A program made the translations under genes and the position numbers. This document shows positions 1 through 13,214 of a DNA stretch of 64,000 nucleotides, piece by piece (within the stretch, counting starts at the first letter, position 1; every line of letters starts with the position of its first letter). The notes beneath the pieces are model-generated. The model searched no databases. It had not been told where the DNA came from and saw only the letters and a program-made list of their open reading frames with translations. The DNA comes from the human T2T-CHM13v2.0 reference genome, Homo sapiens, in NCBI GenBank assembly GCA_009914755.4, contig CP068257.2, forward strand, positions 36,352,001 through 36,416,000, given 5' to 3'.

Positions 1-1084
1 ACCTCAACTCTGCAGCATCTGGGATCGCCAGCCAAAGGGTCGGGGAACTGCCAGGGAGAAGGTGTGAGTGATGAGGCCCTGGCGGTGAGCTCCAATTCCA
101 GGGCTGGGGTGGTCCATTGTAGGTGGCTCCTAGGATGGGCTAGGGGCTGCTTCCAACAGTGCCCTTGACCAGTGCAAGTGTAGGTGGTAAAATCAGCAGC
201 CAATTGGTTCACCCAAGGAGCAGCTAGGATTCCAAGGTTGTGCATACACCCTCAGTGGGTGGTGGGCGTAGAACTTCCCAGGCCTTCTCTGCACCTCTAA
301 CAGTTATGCTATCAATACTATTTGAAGAGGATGACCCAACTCCTTTCTGATCAAGATAAATATTTCTAAATATTGTGTTTGTGTAAGTGTTTTTTAATTT
401 CTGCCTTGTCTAGGGAAGGGATGATGTGCTTGTAGCATGACATCCCCATTCTTCCAGTCAACTGAACGGCATCAATAAGTGGTGATGTCACTCTAACTGA
501 GCCTTAGAGTCCTTCTCAGCATAAAGCTGGGCAGTCCCTTCCTGTTGATTGTAATAAAACCCACTTGCTACCTCTTGGCCTAGAGAATGTAATGATATGA
601 TTTGAATAGCTAGATACTGACCTTTCCAAAACGTTGGCTTACAACAGCTTCTTGGATTGTAGTATTTTAACAGTAACTTGTCGGTAGATATTTTGTCACT
701 GATGTGGGCATAGTTTGTTGCAGCCTACTATGCTACTATTACTGCTTGTATTTTTTCTCAGCACACACTTTGTTTCCATAGCAGTTCTCATTTTCCACGT
801 GACAAAGGCCATGGAGCTGGCCGTGTGTGTACAACACAGGTCAGAGAGCTCCCGTTTTGCTTCTGTGAGTGTAGATGGGATGGCCCACTTCATCCTGAGG
901 CCTTTCTCCAGTGTTGTGCTGTGAGACCCAGTGGGTCCTCTTGCCTTCAATGTCTTTGTCCTTGCACTCAAGCAGAGAAGAGTTAAAATAAAACTATAAT
1001 GCCTATTAAGAATCAGCATTCCTATTTTGGTCATTCTGCTAACCGCTTGACACCCATCCTCCCATTTATTCTTCACAGTAACCT

Positions 1085-1210
1085 TGCCAGATAGGTAGTA
1101 GTAACATCTTCACTTAACAGATGGAGAAACTGAGGCTTAGAGAGGTTAAACAATATTCCCAGAGTTACACAATAGAGAGCAGAGGCAGGGCTGGAATCTA
1201 GATCCATTTG
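1085..1210 (-). mobile_element. MIR SINE fragment (reverse orientation)
   Basis: 'acagatggagaaactgaggcttagagaggttaa...cagaggcagggctggaatctagatcc' matches the reverse complement of the MIR core from memory. Confidence 0.5.
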
Positions 1211-1540
1211 ATTTCAATATCCATAATTGTACCACGTTCTTAGGCCCAGGGTTTTTGAAAAGCCCATCTTGGGCTCTGAGAGGAGAATAAGTAATGCCAT
1301 AGTTTGTGTGATGAATCCATTAGGGAACCTGCTCTCCATGAGTTTTCCTGGGACTCCCAGAAGCAAGGTGGCCCAAGGATGGTCCAGGGCATCACCTATT
1401 GGCTGGGCTAGAACTCATACAAACAGACTCAACCAGAACTAGAGGGTGGTGAGTTTTGTGTGATAGAGGCGTAGAATGCAGCAGACACTGAGCATTGGAA
1501 ACTTCTGGCTGCTGGCCTGTGTGATGCATGCTTACTTTGC

Positions 1541-1558
1541 TTTTTTTTTTTTTTTTTT
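1541..1558. repeat. poly(T) tract, 18 nt
   Basis: pure T run visible directly. Confidence 0.9.
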
Positions 1559-1742
1559 AATGACAAAGGAACATGCTTTTGTTTGTTTTAGGAGAAGAGG
1601 GATTGAAGGAACCAAGGGTAGCTGTGGAGGAAATTAAGAAACTTGAGGCTAGATGGAGCCTCGGCTGGGTTTTGGAGTTCAAGAGGTTAACAGGACTGAG
1701 TTTAGGTAAATTTGTCCTCTCCATTTTGCTTGAAATATTGTG

Positions 1743-1794
<52 letters not shown>

Positions 1795-1802
1795 TGTGTG
1801 TG
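1743..1802. repeat. (TG)n dinucleotide microsatellite, about 29 units with one interruption
   Basis: 'tgtgtgtg...' run visible directly; it explains the Cys/Val-repeat ORF at 1573-1803. Confidence 0.95.
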
Positions 1803-4269
1803 AATGTTAGAAAAATAAATGTAAAGTTACCAGTGTTAATGTTCATAATAAAAGTTAATAACTGTGAGGCTTTAATGGTCCAGGCTCACTTTTATTATTA
1901 ACATCAATTTAACACTCTCAGAGAAGTTATTAGACTCTAACCTCCCCTGTCATTGCTCTCGAAATAGGAATAAATGCCATTTTCCTCTGGTTGTTAATTC
2001 AGCTTTTAGAAACAGAACATCGGCAAGAGCCTGCCTGTAAACAATCCCAAATATATGTGATCACTGCCTCAGCTAGAAAAAAATAAATATTAATGAGACC
2101 ATGTCCTGGCCAGTGGTACAAATGCCACGGGCTTCAGGCAGAATTACTATGAATGATCTGAATCATAAGCTTGTGTTGGAAACAAATAATTTTACTCCAA
2201 ACCTCATCATAGAGATTGCGAGGAGCATTCTTCATTTTCTTTTGCACGTGTTGACAGCCTGATTAAGAGCTTTGGGCACTTGCCATAGTTCCCCATTTGA
2301 GAGTGATCCGTGCCTGTCTCCTGGGGTGTTTCCTTGGTCTGGCAGCATGGGGTTGCTATGTCCCTGGGACTGGCAGAACTCTCAGGGAAAAGCAACTTTT
2401 AAACCATCCAGATTTTGCTATCACCCCTGAGCTTTGGAAAAGTCTTTCAGTGTGAGCTGGACTGGGAACCTCTTTCATCCTCACCCCATCACCCCATGGT
2501 ACCCGGGAATATCTGCTAATGTGTAGTTTGGTGACCTCAGACTAGTATACTAGGTGCTGGTCAAAAATGAGGAGTGGCATGCTTCTTCTGGGCTATGCCC
2601 GATTACTTTTAAGCTTAATCTGTTGAAAACACTGGTAGAATTTCTAGGATACCAAGATTCTTGGCAAGCTTGGGAATGTTTTCTTGCTGCCTCTTACTCC
2701 TCTACTCCAAATAGTATTACTCGAGCAGATGTGGCAACATTAATTTGAGGCCCCTACTTGAGTGCTTTACTTTTCAGGTGTGATAGGATATGAGTAGCCT
2801 TCCTATAGTTTGGAGTGGTGGATGTAGATGGTTTTGCCCAGTAGTGGGTGTTGCTTCAAATGGGAAGTGTCCTGATTCTGGTTTTACTTCCTTGGGGCTA
2901 AGGTGTTAAACTCGATCTCATAGTTCCATTTCATCCCTTGAGAAGGCTCACTGCAGAGCCTTCTCTGTCCTACGAGATGCTCTGTAGTATTAAAGAAAAA
3001 CCTCAGCACCTTTGCCTTAAGCATCATTGAAATGTTACATGCTTTTCGTGTATCAGAGCATGTAAATTACCTTCCAGGGAAAGGACTCATATCTCAGGGT
3101 CACTTCAGTACAACAGTGACAATTTGCTGATTACAGCAGTTTCCCCGAAGAAAGAGGGAAGCCATCACTATTTGTGTAGCAAAGATTAGAAAGCTTGAGA
3201 ATCATAAAGGCAATTCGGCCCAGGATCTCCTGGCATGCCATGTCAGCTTATTTATTAGTCAGGGTCCTCCGGGAAGCATGTGTTGAGATGGGATTAAACT
3301 TGCCTGCATTTTGTTAGGAGAAACTATCACATGAGGGAAGATAAAGAGGGAACCAGGGAAGGCCGGGAGGGCCATTAAGCCTTGATGCAAATCTGACTCC
3401 ATGTCAAGAGAGAAGGAGGGGAGGCTGAGAGAAGGCACGTTGGACTGCCTGCTGCAGTCTCTGGAGGGTCCGCAGGGTGTTGGGGGCCCCTGTGTCTGCC
3501 TTAGTGACCTAAAACAGTCATTCGCTGGGAGCAGCCCTGGGGATGCAAGTCCTCCTGCAAATGCAGCTATGATGGATTTCAAAGCACCACATCTTGAGCC
3601 CTCAGTGGGTGGTGTTCTCTGTAGTTGGAGTCTGCCAGGTGTGTTCCAGAGGCTGCCACAGTGCACTTTTCTTAAACTAGAGAATGTTCCTCCATTAAAT
3701 ACCTGCTTTGTGCCAGACAATGGCTATATTCTGGCATCACGGAGGGCGGCCAGAGGGAAATGAGAGGAGACCCTGTGCTCTGCAATGCAGAGGCGTCTCC
3801 CTGAGCAGCCTCCCTCTATGGACGGGCATTTCACAGACTTCTCCACCAGGAAGCAGCAGGGTGATAGTGCCCAGGTCCACAGGCCACAAAGCCCATTGGT
3901 ATTGTCAGGTCCTGTGCTTCACTGCATATGGGTCAAGACCACAGATGGTGGCGGCTACCTCCAGCTCCCATCACTCAGGACATGGCAGGCCCTTGCCCTT
4001 TCCCCTCCACAGCGTCGTTCTCATCTTCCTTTGACAAGGCACCTGCAGGTATTCTCTCTCCTGTTCCCCTGCCAAGCTTGCAACAGGCGGGGATGGACTC
4101 TCACACCTCTGTGTAGTGAAAATGAGAATTCCCATTTGTCATTCTGATTTTGTCCAATGGCCTTTCTAGTGTCTCCTGGTCTCTCCTCTGCTTAGTGAGG
4201 GGTCCTCATGCTTCTTGAGAGATGGCAGCTAATGTGGGTGCCCGAGTCAGGCTGCTAACTGTTGGCTGC

Positions 4270-4440
4270 ATGATTTATTTGGGGTAAGTTATCTAAGTTC
4301 TCTGTGCCTCAATCCCTTATTTGTAAGAAAGATAACAATGTCTGTTGCTAACACTTACGACTGTTTTGAGGATTAAATGTGATAATACAAGCAAGCTTTT
4401 AGCATAGTGCTCAATAAATAGCAGTTATTATTAGATTGAA
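4270..4440 (+). mobile_element. MIR SINE fragment
   Basis: 'tctgtgcctcaatcccttatttgtaag...ttgaggattaaatgtgataat...agtgctcaataaatagcagttattatt' matches the MIR 3' core and tail. Confidence 0.5.
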
Positions 4441-4906
4441 CCCCACAGAATTACCATTTTTCTAAGTCAAGAAATTTAAATTTTGGCAGTTTCATGAGGT
4501 TTAACCAAAAACTATGGGTGGGCAAAACTTTTTGGTTTGGAAACCTCCTTACCCTCTGTGGGGTACTTGGTAGAGCAGCTGGGGTGAGCCACTTTTGCCT
4601 TCCTATCAGGACCTGGCACGTCACCCTCCCAAACTGGAAGAGAAGGCAGGTAGCTATTAGGTGGGAACAAAGACGTTGGTTCCATCACACCTGTGTTCAC
4701 CTCTTCTTCATACCAATCAGTGTTCACAAGGGTGACCTTGGCCTGAAGACAGCCTCCTTGAGTGTGTGCTCGACCCATGAGAGGAGAAGGCCCTCTCCCT
4801 ATTCACAGACCAAAATAAGCCACATCAGGATGGCTACTTCCATGTTAGAAATCACCATTGATCCATGTATTTGTCTGGGTTCTCCAGAGAAAAATAATCA
4901 ATAGGA

Positions 4907-4986
4907 TATATATATACACACACACATATAAAGAGACACATGCACACATATATGTATATACACACACACACACAAACACACATACA
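4907..4986. repeat. compound (TA)n/(CA)n microsatellite
   Basis: 'atatatatacacacacacatata...tatacacacacacacacaaacacaca' visible directly. Confidence 0.9.
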
Positions 4987-5024
4987 AAGAGAACGCGAGA
5001 AAGAAAGATATTTATACAGAGGCA

Positions 5025-5480
5025 TTGACTCACGTGATTGTGGAGGCTGAGACATTTTGTAATCTGCCCTCCGCAGGCCAGAGGCCCAGGGAGGCCAGTG
5101 ATGTAAGTTCCAATCCAAGCCCAAAGGCCTGAGAACCAGGGAGCCAGTGCTGTGATTCCCACCAATCAGGTCTGAAAACTAGAAAGGTCAATGGTGCAAG
5201 ACCTGGTCTGGGTCTGAGGGCAGGGGACTTATGTCCTAGCTCAAGCAGTTAGACAGAGAAAGGGAGAGAGAGAATCCCCCTTTCCTCCACTTTTTTGTGC
5301 TATCCAGGCCTGCAGCAGATGGGATAATGCTGACCCACATTGAAGAGGGCCATCTGCTTCACTCAGCTCATGAATTCAAATGCTAATTTCTTCCAGAGAC
5401 ACCCTCACAGACACACCTAGAAATAATGTTTAGCCAGATATCTGGGCATCTCGTGACCCAGTCAAATTGATATATAACTA
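5025..5480 (+). mobile_element. ancient interspersed repeat, probably LTR-like; family not determined
   Basis: matches a repeat consensus I recall ('gtgattgtggaggctgaga...aatcccagtctgagggcagg...cacattgg.gagggcaatctgctt...attcaaatgctaat...ccctcacagacacacc.agaaataatgttta.ccaaatatctgggca'); a second copy lies at 6039-6268. Confidence 0.4.
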
Positions 5481-6038
5481 ACCACCACAGTCCAGGTAGA
5501 CTTACCTAAGGTGAGTTTGATTTAGTTAAGAGCCTATCTTTGTGCCTTCTGGGAGACCATGGGAACCCTTCAACGCCGGCTATGGAGAGAGGTGCTCCTT
5601 CTGCTACCAGGCTCAGGTAGGTACAGCGCAGGCCCTACAAAGTGAGGGAGGAGCGGTCCTGAAACGGTGGCCTGAGATCCCCATTCTCACCTCTGCTGAG
5701 TTGCCTCATGTCACAGGTACTCCTCGAGGTCAAGACATTTACCACCCACAGCCACTGTTAAACCACTAATATGCGGTGATTCATGTTTTTACGTAGGTGA
5801 CAGTTTAGTGTTATGGGGAAAAGCATTGGATTTGGAGTGTGGAATTAGTCATTCCTGACCTGGCTGGGTGGCTGTGTGTAAGCATTTTCTCTCCCTGGAG
5901 CCTCATCCATAGCATGAGGGTTTTGCAGCAAAGTTAAGATGGCAAGTACGTCTTCTCTCCCAAACCATCCCTGACCAGTAAACATCAACTCCCTGGAGAC
6001 TGGAAGGCCCTGGACAGCACCATCTTCTCCAGAAAAGC

Positions 6039-6268
6039 CAGTGATGTAGGTACCAATCCAAGCTCAAAGACTTAAGAACCAGGGAGCCAGTGCTGTAATT
6101 CCCAGCATAGGAGGCCCAGAACCAGAAAGGTCAGTGGTGCAAGTCCCGGTCTGGGTCTGAGGGCAGGAGATGTATGTCCTAGCTCAAGCAGTTAGGCAGA
6201 GAAAGAGAGAATCCCCCTTTCCTCCACTTTTTTGTGCCGTTCATGCCTGCAGGAGGTGGGATGAGAAG
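6039..6268 (+). mobile_element. second copy of the same ancient repeat family, about 85% identical to 5078-5318; flanked by ~50-bp direct repeats at 5946-5996 and 6262-6311
   Basis: direct comparison of the two segments within the window. Confidence 0.45.
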
Positions 6269-6311
6269 TACACCTTTTCTCCCAAACCATCTCTGACCAA
6301 TGAGCATCAAC

Positions 6312-6676
6312 TCTGATATTGTTTGGCTGTGTCCCCACCAAAATCTCATCTTGAATTGTAGCCTCCATAATTCCTACATGTGATGGGAGGGACATGATGG
6401 GAGGTAATTAAATCCTGGGGCCCGGTCTTTCCATGCTGTTCTCATAAGAGTGAATAAGTCTCATGTGATATGACGGTTTTATAAAGGGGAGTTCCCCTGC
6501 ACATTCCCCCTTGCCTGCCGTCATGTAAGACATCCTTTTGCTCTTCCTTCATCTTCCACCACGGTTGTGAGGCCTCCCCAGCCATGTGGAACTGTGAGTC
6601 CGTTAAACCTCTTTCCTTTATAAATTACTCAGTCTCAGGTATGGCTTTATTAGCAGCATGAGAACAGACCAATACA
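6312..6676 (+). mobile_element. solo MaLR LTR, THE1/MST class
   Basis: 'tgatattgtttggctgtgtccccacc.aaatctcatcttgaattgtag...ggttttataaaggggagttcccctgcaca...gtgaggcctccccagccatgtggaactgtgagtc.gttaaacctctttcctttataaattac.cagtctcaggtatg.ctttattagcagcatgagaacagac.aataca' matches the THE1/MSTA LTR consensus; flanked by 5-bp TSD 'aactc' at 6307-6311 and 6677-6681. Confidence 0.8.
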
Positions 6677-7390
6677 AACTCCTTGGAGACTGGGAGGGTC
6701 TGCACAGCACCATCCTAGTGCACAGGTTCTACCCAGGACACTGACAAATCCTAAGAGGAGGGAAAAAACAAGGCCCTTGGGACACAGCTTTAAAAAAAAG
6801 AGTCCTATTTTCTGTCATTGCCAAAGGAAAAGGGGCTCTCTGCAGCAGGAGATAGAGCCTTCCCCCTCTCATTCCCTTCACCATTCTGTTCCCTTGAGCC
6901 ATGAAGCAAAACCACCTGTAGCCAACATTGAAGCCACTGCTCCATCTACACTTTCATCACTTTCATATATTGTCCCCTGTCTTTGTCATTCCACCTCTCT
7001 CCCTCACTGCTATTGCCTCCTTCATGTTACTTACTCCTGATTTTCCTTCAACGTTCCTGACCATTTCTAGTCACTTTCTTTTGGCTTCTTTATCTCTAAT
7101 TACTCCTATATCTCCCAGGCTGAATTTTACACAGAGGACAATTACATACTTCCAGAATTACTCTCATCAGTGTCCTCCCATTCATGAACAGAGCATATGG
7201 CCATTATTACTACCCCATGAGGTTCAGCTGTTAGTTAGCAGTTATGTAAAAAAATTAAAGAGTTGCACTGGAGTAATGTCAGTTGAGTTCACCCTTTCTT
7301 TCACTTTTCATTGTGTCATGGAATTGGAAGTAACTTTGAAGTTTATCTGGTCCAATTCCTGTCATTAAGTTGAAACTTAAGGAGTCTGGT

Positions 7391-7523
7391 GGCTGGGCAT
7401 GGTGGCAGGTACCTATAATCCTGCATTTTGGTAAGCTGAGGTGGGAGGATCACTTGATGTTAGGAGTTTGAGACCAGCCTGGGCAACATAGCAAGACCCT
7501 GACTCTACAGGAAAAAAAAAAAA
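7391..7523 (+). mobile_element. free left Alu monomer (FLAM)-like element with A tail
   Basis: 'ggctgggcatggtggc...cctataatcc...ggaggatcacttga...gtttgagaccagcctgggcaacatagcaagaccctg' followed by a 12-nt A tail; about 133 bp. Confidence 0.6.
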
Positions 7524-7754
7524 GAGTCTAGTGATTTGTCAAAGGTCCATCTGCTTATTTAGTGGTTGAGATAGGATTATTTAACCTAAGTTTAAACTCC
7601 CAGCTAATTTTTTTTCTATTTTAATTCCAAAACCAATATCCAATATGAAATCACATCATGGACATCTCAAAACAAACTTTCCTTTAGTTTTCAGGGGTAA
7701 TTTCACTGGGAAACATAAATTACACGTGGAGCAGGCAGCCTTGTTTGTGAATTA

Positions 7755-8073
<319 letters not shown>

Positions 8074-8754
8074 TATTTGTGAATTAATTTTGCAGTCACG
8101 GTAAGAGTCCCTGAACTTAAGCTTTGAGCTTTTGAAAACTCTGGAAATTGATTTCAAGTTTTATTGTCTTTGTTTCCAAAACGGTGGATTAGAAGCATGC
8201 TGCCCTTTCCCACCTACTCTATAATCCCTAAAAGGTTGAGAGCAGATGGGACACGATGGAAGAGGGATGCCACAAGCCAAGAGATGGCCATGCATACACG
8301 TCCATAGATGTTAGCAGCATACAGGGTCCTCCTTATCTGAGATGGAAGAAGTCGGGGCAGGCAGAGTCCAGGGGAAACCTAAGGGGTGGTTTGCTGGGGA
8401 ATGACCATGGTGGTCATCAGCCAGATTCACTCCATTATGTCTCCCCTTCCTGAGACATTTGATCTCTAACAATGTTAGAGAGCGACAACAGGCTCAATAA
8501 ATGGAAAATCATCTGCTTGAGGAAATGGAATTAATAGAACAATCAGGATGTATAATTAATACATCAAATAAGTAAGTTTTAAAAAATAAAGTAGACATCT
8601 TAAGAATGACTGCTAGACTGAGCCAGCAATATTTTTAACAAGCGCTGTCTGATACCTAGAAAATAAAACCAGATTCTTTTAGCTTAAGGAAAACAAAACA
8701 AAATGAAGGAAAGCAAAGCAAAATAGTTGATTTTGGGGGGTGGGAGGGGATTTT

Positions 8755-9230
8755 ACCATCTCATTCATTTATTCATTCAACTCATATGTCGAGCACACTA
8801 TTGTAGGTGCTGGAATACAGCAAAGAAATAAGAGAAATGTGGTCCCTGTTGTCATGGAGCTTAGAGCTGGAGAATGAAAGGAGAGAGTAAAAAGAGTTAA
8901 TCAATGAAGCAACAGTGAAATATTGATAGTGGCATCTGTAGAGACTGAAGTAGAGAGATGCAATAGAGAAGAACTATGATGCCTACTCTAAATTGGTCAG
9001 GAAATGTAAGTGACATTTGAAGATGAAGAAGAAACCAACCATGTGAAGGTGAAAAAAGAGGAGGAACCATAACGCTGGGGCTTGGAACCTATGGGAGAAG
9101 GGAGGAAGGTTATAACATTAGGCTGGAAAGACTGATCGGGGTGAGATCATGGGGGGCTTTGTGAAATGAGAGAGCTCATTGTATCATCCTCAGTAAGTTG
9201 TCATTACACCACTGTGTTTTTGACACACAT
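8755..9230 (-). mobile_element. ancient L2-like LINE fragment, with an MIR/L2-type 3' tail in reverse at its low-coordinate end
   Basis: 'tcattcatttattcattcaact...gagcacactattgtaggtgctgg' is the reverse complement of the MIR/L2 3' tail; similar copies at 37140-37960 and 38560-41200. Confidence 0.35.
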
Positions 9231-9429
9231 CAGTGTGAAATTACTGTTGTAAAAAAGGCTAACCTGGGTGGCAATAAAACTCATCATAGGCCACAGACAA
9301 TTTGAAGGAATTAATTTGCAGGATTGGTTAAGGGAAGAACACTACTAGATGAGAACAGAAGGCCCTCTTAATTTATTTAAAGAACAAATGGCAGCTTAAG
9401 GTAAAAGCAAAATATATGACCACAGTAGC

Positions 9430-9880
9430 AAAATTAGAAACTACTACTTATTGATAAATACTATTAAGGAAATGCAAAGGCAAACTGCAGACTCTGAGAA
9501 AGTATTAGCAACACATATACTTGACAAAGGCTTTGTACCCAGAGCACATAAAGAACTCCTACAAATCAATATGGAAAAAGCCACAATCCAATAAAAAAAT
9601 GGAGCAAAATTCTTAACAGAAACTCCACAAAAGAAGATACAGGAATAGCCAATAGGAATATGAAAAGATGCTCAACAACATTAGTCACTAGGAAAATGCA
9701 AATTAAAACCACAAGATGCAATTTCACACCCTCTAGAATTAGCTAAAATTAAAAAGATTGATAACATCAAATGTTTGTGAGGATGCAGAGCAACTGCAAC
9801 TCTCATACACAGCTGATGGTAGCCTAAGATGACACAACCACTTTGGAAACTGTTTGACAGCTTTTCACAAAGTTAACTAT
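9430..9880 (+). mobile_element. L1 (L1M-class) ORF2-3' segment, part 1, interrupted by an Alu
   Basis: 'aaatgcaaattaaaaccacaagatgcaatttcacaccc...tgtgaggatgcagagcaactg...ctttggaaactgtttgacagcttttcacaaagttaa' matches the L1 ORF2 3' region. Confidence 0.7.
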
Positions 9881-9907
9881 ATACCTCCTCCTCCTTCTTC
9901 TTCTTCT

Positions 9908-10232
9908 TTGTTTTTTTTTTGTGTGTGTTTTTGTTTTGTTTTGTTTTTTGAGGCAGAGTTTCCCTCTGTCACTCAGGCTGGAGTACAGTGGCATGGTCAT
10001 GGGTCACTGCAGCCTCTACCTCCCCAGGCTCAGGTGATCCTCCCATGTCAGCCTCCCAAGTAGCCGGGACTAAACACGTGCACCGCCATGCCTGGCTAAT
10101 TTTTGTATTTTTTGTAGAGACTGGGTTTCGTCACGTTGCCCAGGCTGGTCTTGAACACCTGGGCTCGAGCAGTCCTCCTGCTGTGGCCTCACAAAGTGCT
10201 GGGATTACAGACATGAGCCACTGCACCTGGTC
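9908..10232 (-). mobile_element. older Alu (S/J-like) inserted in the L1, with a (TTTG)n-containing T-rich tail
   Basis: 'gaggcagagtttccctctgtcactcaggctggagtacagtgg...gtgctgggattacagacatgagccactgcacctgg'; short TSD 'ctata.acc' on both sides. Confidence 0.85.
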
Positions 10233-10760
10233 TATACACCTTCTTAATGACCTATCTATTCTATTCCAAGGTATAGCCCAAGACAAATGAAAATGAAAAT
10301 ATTTGTCCACAAAATGTCTTGCATAAGAATATTTATAGGAGGTTACTCATGCCAGTCAAACACTGAAAATAATCCGTGTAATCATTGAAGGGAAAATTAC
10401 TAAAAATTTAATTAATAAAGGGAAAATTGTGGTATACACACAAAAGTGTTTGTCACTGATACAGGTAACAGCATAAGAGAATCCATAAAACATTGCGTTG
10501 CGTATAAAGAAGCTAGTCACAAAGAATATACACAGCATAATTTAATTGATGTGACAGGAAAGAACAGGCAACACTAACTTAGGCTGATAGAAATCAGAAC
10601 AATGGTTGCTCTTGGGAGTGGGGACTCAGTAGAGGTTTCTGAGTGATGGAAAAGCTTTCCACCTTGATGATCTTAATCATGGTGGGAGTTGTGTGGGTGC
10701 ATACATCTTTCAAAATTCACCAAACTATATACTTAAGATATGTGCCTTTTACTGTTTGCC
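10233..10760 (+). mobile_element. L1M 3' end, part 2 (continuation after the Alu)
   Basis: 'gtggtatacacacaaa...gaatccataaaacattgcgt...ggttgctcttgggagtggggactcagtagaggtttctgagtgatggaaaagcttt...ggtgggagttgtgtgggtgcatacatctttcaaaattcaccaaactatatacttaag' matches the L1M 3' UTR. Confidence 0.7.
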
Positions 10761-12884
10761 AATTTTGCTCCAATTAGAAAAGTTGGGGAGGTATAGGAGG
10801 AAAGAGATTAGCAACAATGAGAATAGTTTGCTCCTTGAAGGAGTTTTACTTGGAAGGGAAAAGGGAAAAGGAATGGTAGAATGGTGACTGGAGGGGAAGG
10901 AAGGTTCAGAGTTTTGTTTGTTTGCCTGTTTCTTAGACGGGAGAGGTAATAGCATGTATGTTTGCTGATGAGAAAGATTAGCAACAGAGAGAAAAAATAA
11001 ATGGTTCAGGAGAAAGTGAGCAGATGTACAAGAGGGAGGTCCTTGACTAGGGAGGAGGGAAGGGATCAGGAATGCAAGTAGGGCACTGGCCTTTGCTAGG
11101 CATTGGGAAGGGTTCCTCTGGAATAAGAGAGATGGCATTCTAAATGGGCACTGATGCAGGATTACTATCCAATCATTTAAAATGAGGCCAGTTTGCAACA
11201 CTGAGTTTTCCTCCACTCTTATGCAGCCCTGCCAGTGTAGGTGGGCAATGAGCGTAGACTTGGGTTTTAATAGTGTTTTGGTTTTGCCAAGTTAGCAATA
11301 CTAAGTTAGAAGGGGAGAGGGAAATTGATGAAGTTATTATCTTGATTGACCATAGACTGCAAGTTGGCTTAAGATGTTGGTAAGGACGAAACGATGGTAA
11401 GGGATAGGAAAAAGTAGAATTTGCGTGGTTGATCCTGTTGGTGCTGAAGAAGTCGGAACTGAGTTAGTGCAAGAAAGATGTTGGGAAATGTGAGGTAGTG
11501 CTGGGAAAGTGAAATGCCTGAAACCAAACAAAATAAAATGATTGAGGATGACAAGGTCTAGGAAGGAAGAGGTTGAGAGAAAGTGAAGGTAAAATCTTTG
11601 CAAGAGAGGAGGTCAGGGAATGGAGAAGACAGAATACTGGAAGATTTATCTCATGGATATTGAAACCTCGAATTGTTGATATCCTCAGTAGTGTTGATGA
11701 ACATGTCAGTAAACTAGGAGCTAAATCTCCAAGGAATGAGCGGCAGTGAATGGGAGTCGGTCAAGGATGATGACCAGCAGGGCAGGAAAGTGGTGTATTC
11801 TGATGACGTGAAACTCAGTGCTGGTGTTTTGATGGAGGGAAAGAAAGTCTGCTCTGGAGGGAGAGAGGGAACACTGTGTCAAATGCTGCAGAGAGATCAC
11901 ACTTGCCTCCAGGCCAGGGCTGCAGAAGAGAAGACACTACCAGCAAAGCTGCAAGAAGAGTACACAGAAGAAAATGAATGATCTACATGTACTGATGTAG
12001 AAAGACGTTAGAGACATACTGTTAAATGGGGGAAAAGCAAGTTACAAAATGGTTCTGTCTGCATGAATTGTTTGGTCAGTTACAAATGAGTGGAAAATTA
12101 ATGGTAAGTCTCCAAACTATAATTGCAGTCATCTCTGCATGGCAGCAATGGGGGGAACTTTTATGTCTGATTTTCCCACATTTTGCTATACCTAACAGGA
12201 CAGAGTGAGTGCCCATTCTGGACCAGAGTGACTAGATTATATTCTCACACCTGCCATCTGAATGGTCATGGCCAAATTCTGAGCTTCCCTAAATCTCAGT
12301 TGTTTCATCTATAAATTAGGAATAAGTAATATCTACTTATGTTAATTGTGAGGGTGATGTAAGAAATCATGTGAAATATCACAATACGACACTTAGAAGG
12401 TAAAAGATAAAAGAACAATTGTTATCCTTACTATTGTATTTTATATAACAGGCATAGATTGCTTTTCTATTTAGAAAAAAAAAAAAAAACCGGGATTTTT
12501 TTTTAAAGGAACTTAGTTAGAACACAGGCCCAGAGGAATGATCACCCCCAGTTCCACACACAAATAACTAGAATTAATAAAAGAACAAATGGGATGGGTG
12601 ACGGTGGTGGAGAGCTGATGGATTCCTCTGAATAGTAATTGATTTGAATCTAAAACCAATGAACAGATTCTTATCACTTCACAGGGAGCCAGCGAGCCAG
12701 CTGTTTTTCAAGACGGTGTTTTATTTTGACTTTCATACACTCCTCGTGTATCTTGTCTGCAGAAAGTTATCTCTTGTGCTGTGGGAAGTAGGGGCCCTGA
12801 GCTCCTCGACCTGCTGACCCCCTCCCTGCGAAATAACCAGGTGTGTGGCAGGATTCTCAACCATGCAGAGGAGATGGGTGCTGA

Positions 12885-13214
<330 letters not shown>

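Noticed and set aside
3259-4147. Cluster of overlapping ORFs of 100-150 aa on both strands in a somewhat GC-richer patch, a possible exon or CpG island
   Set aside because: The ORFs overlap each other on opposite strands, which is typical of GC-rich non-coding DNA. By eye the patch has only about 12 CpGs in about 740 bp, strongly CpG-depleted, so it is not a CpG island. Part of it resembles an old MIR/L2-type repeat ('tgctttgtgccagacaatggctatattctggc'). There is no splice-site or codon-usage evidence I can defend without tools.
4845-5165. ORFs of 106 and 90 aa with Cys/Val/Tyr repeats on the - strand
   Set aside because: They are translations of the compound (CA)n/(TA)n microsatellite at 4907-4986 plus adjacent repeat sequence.
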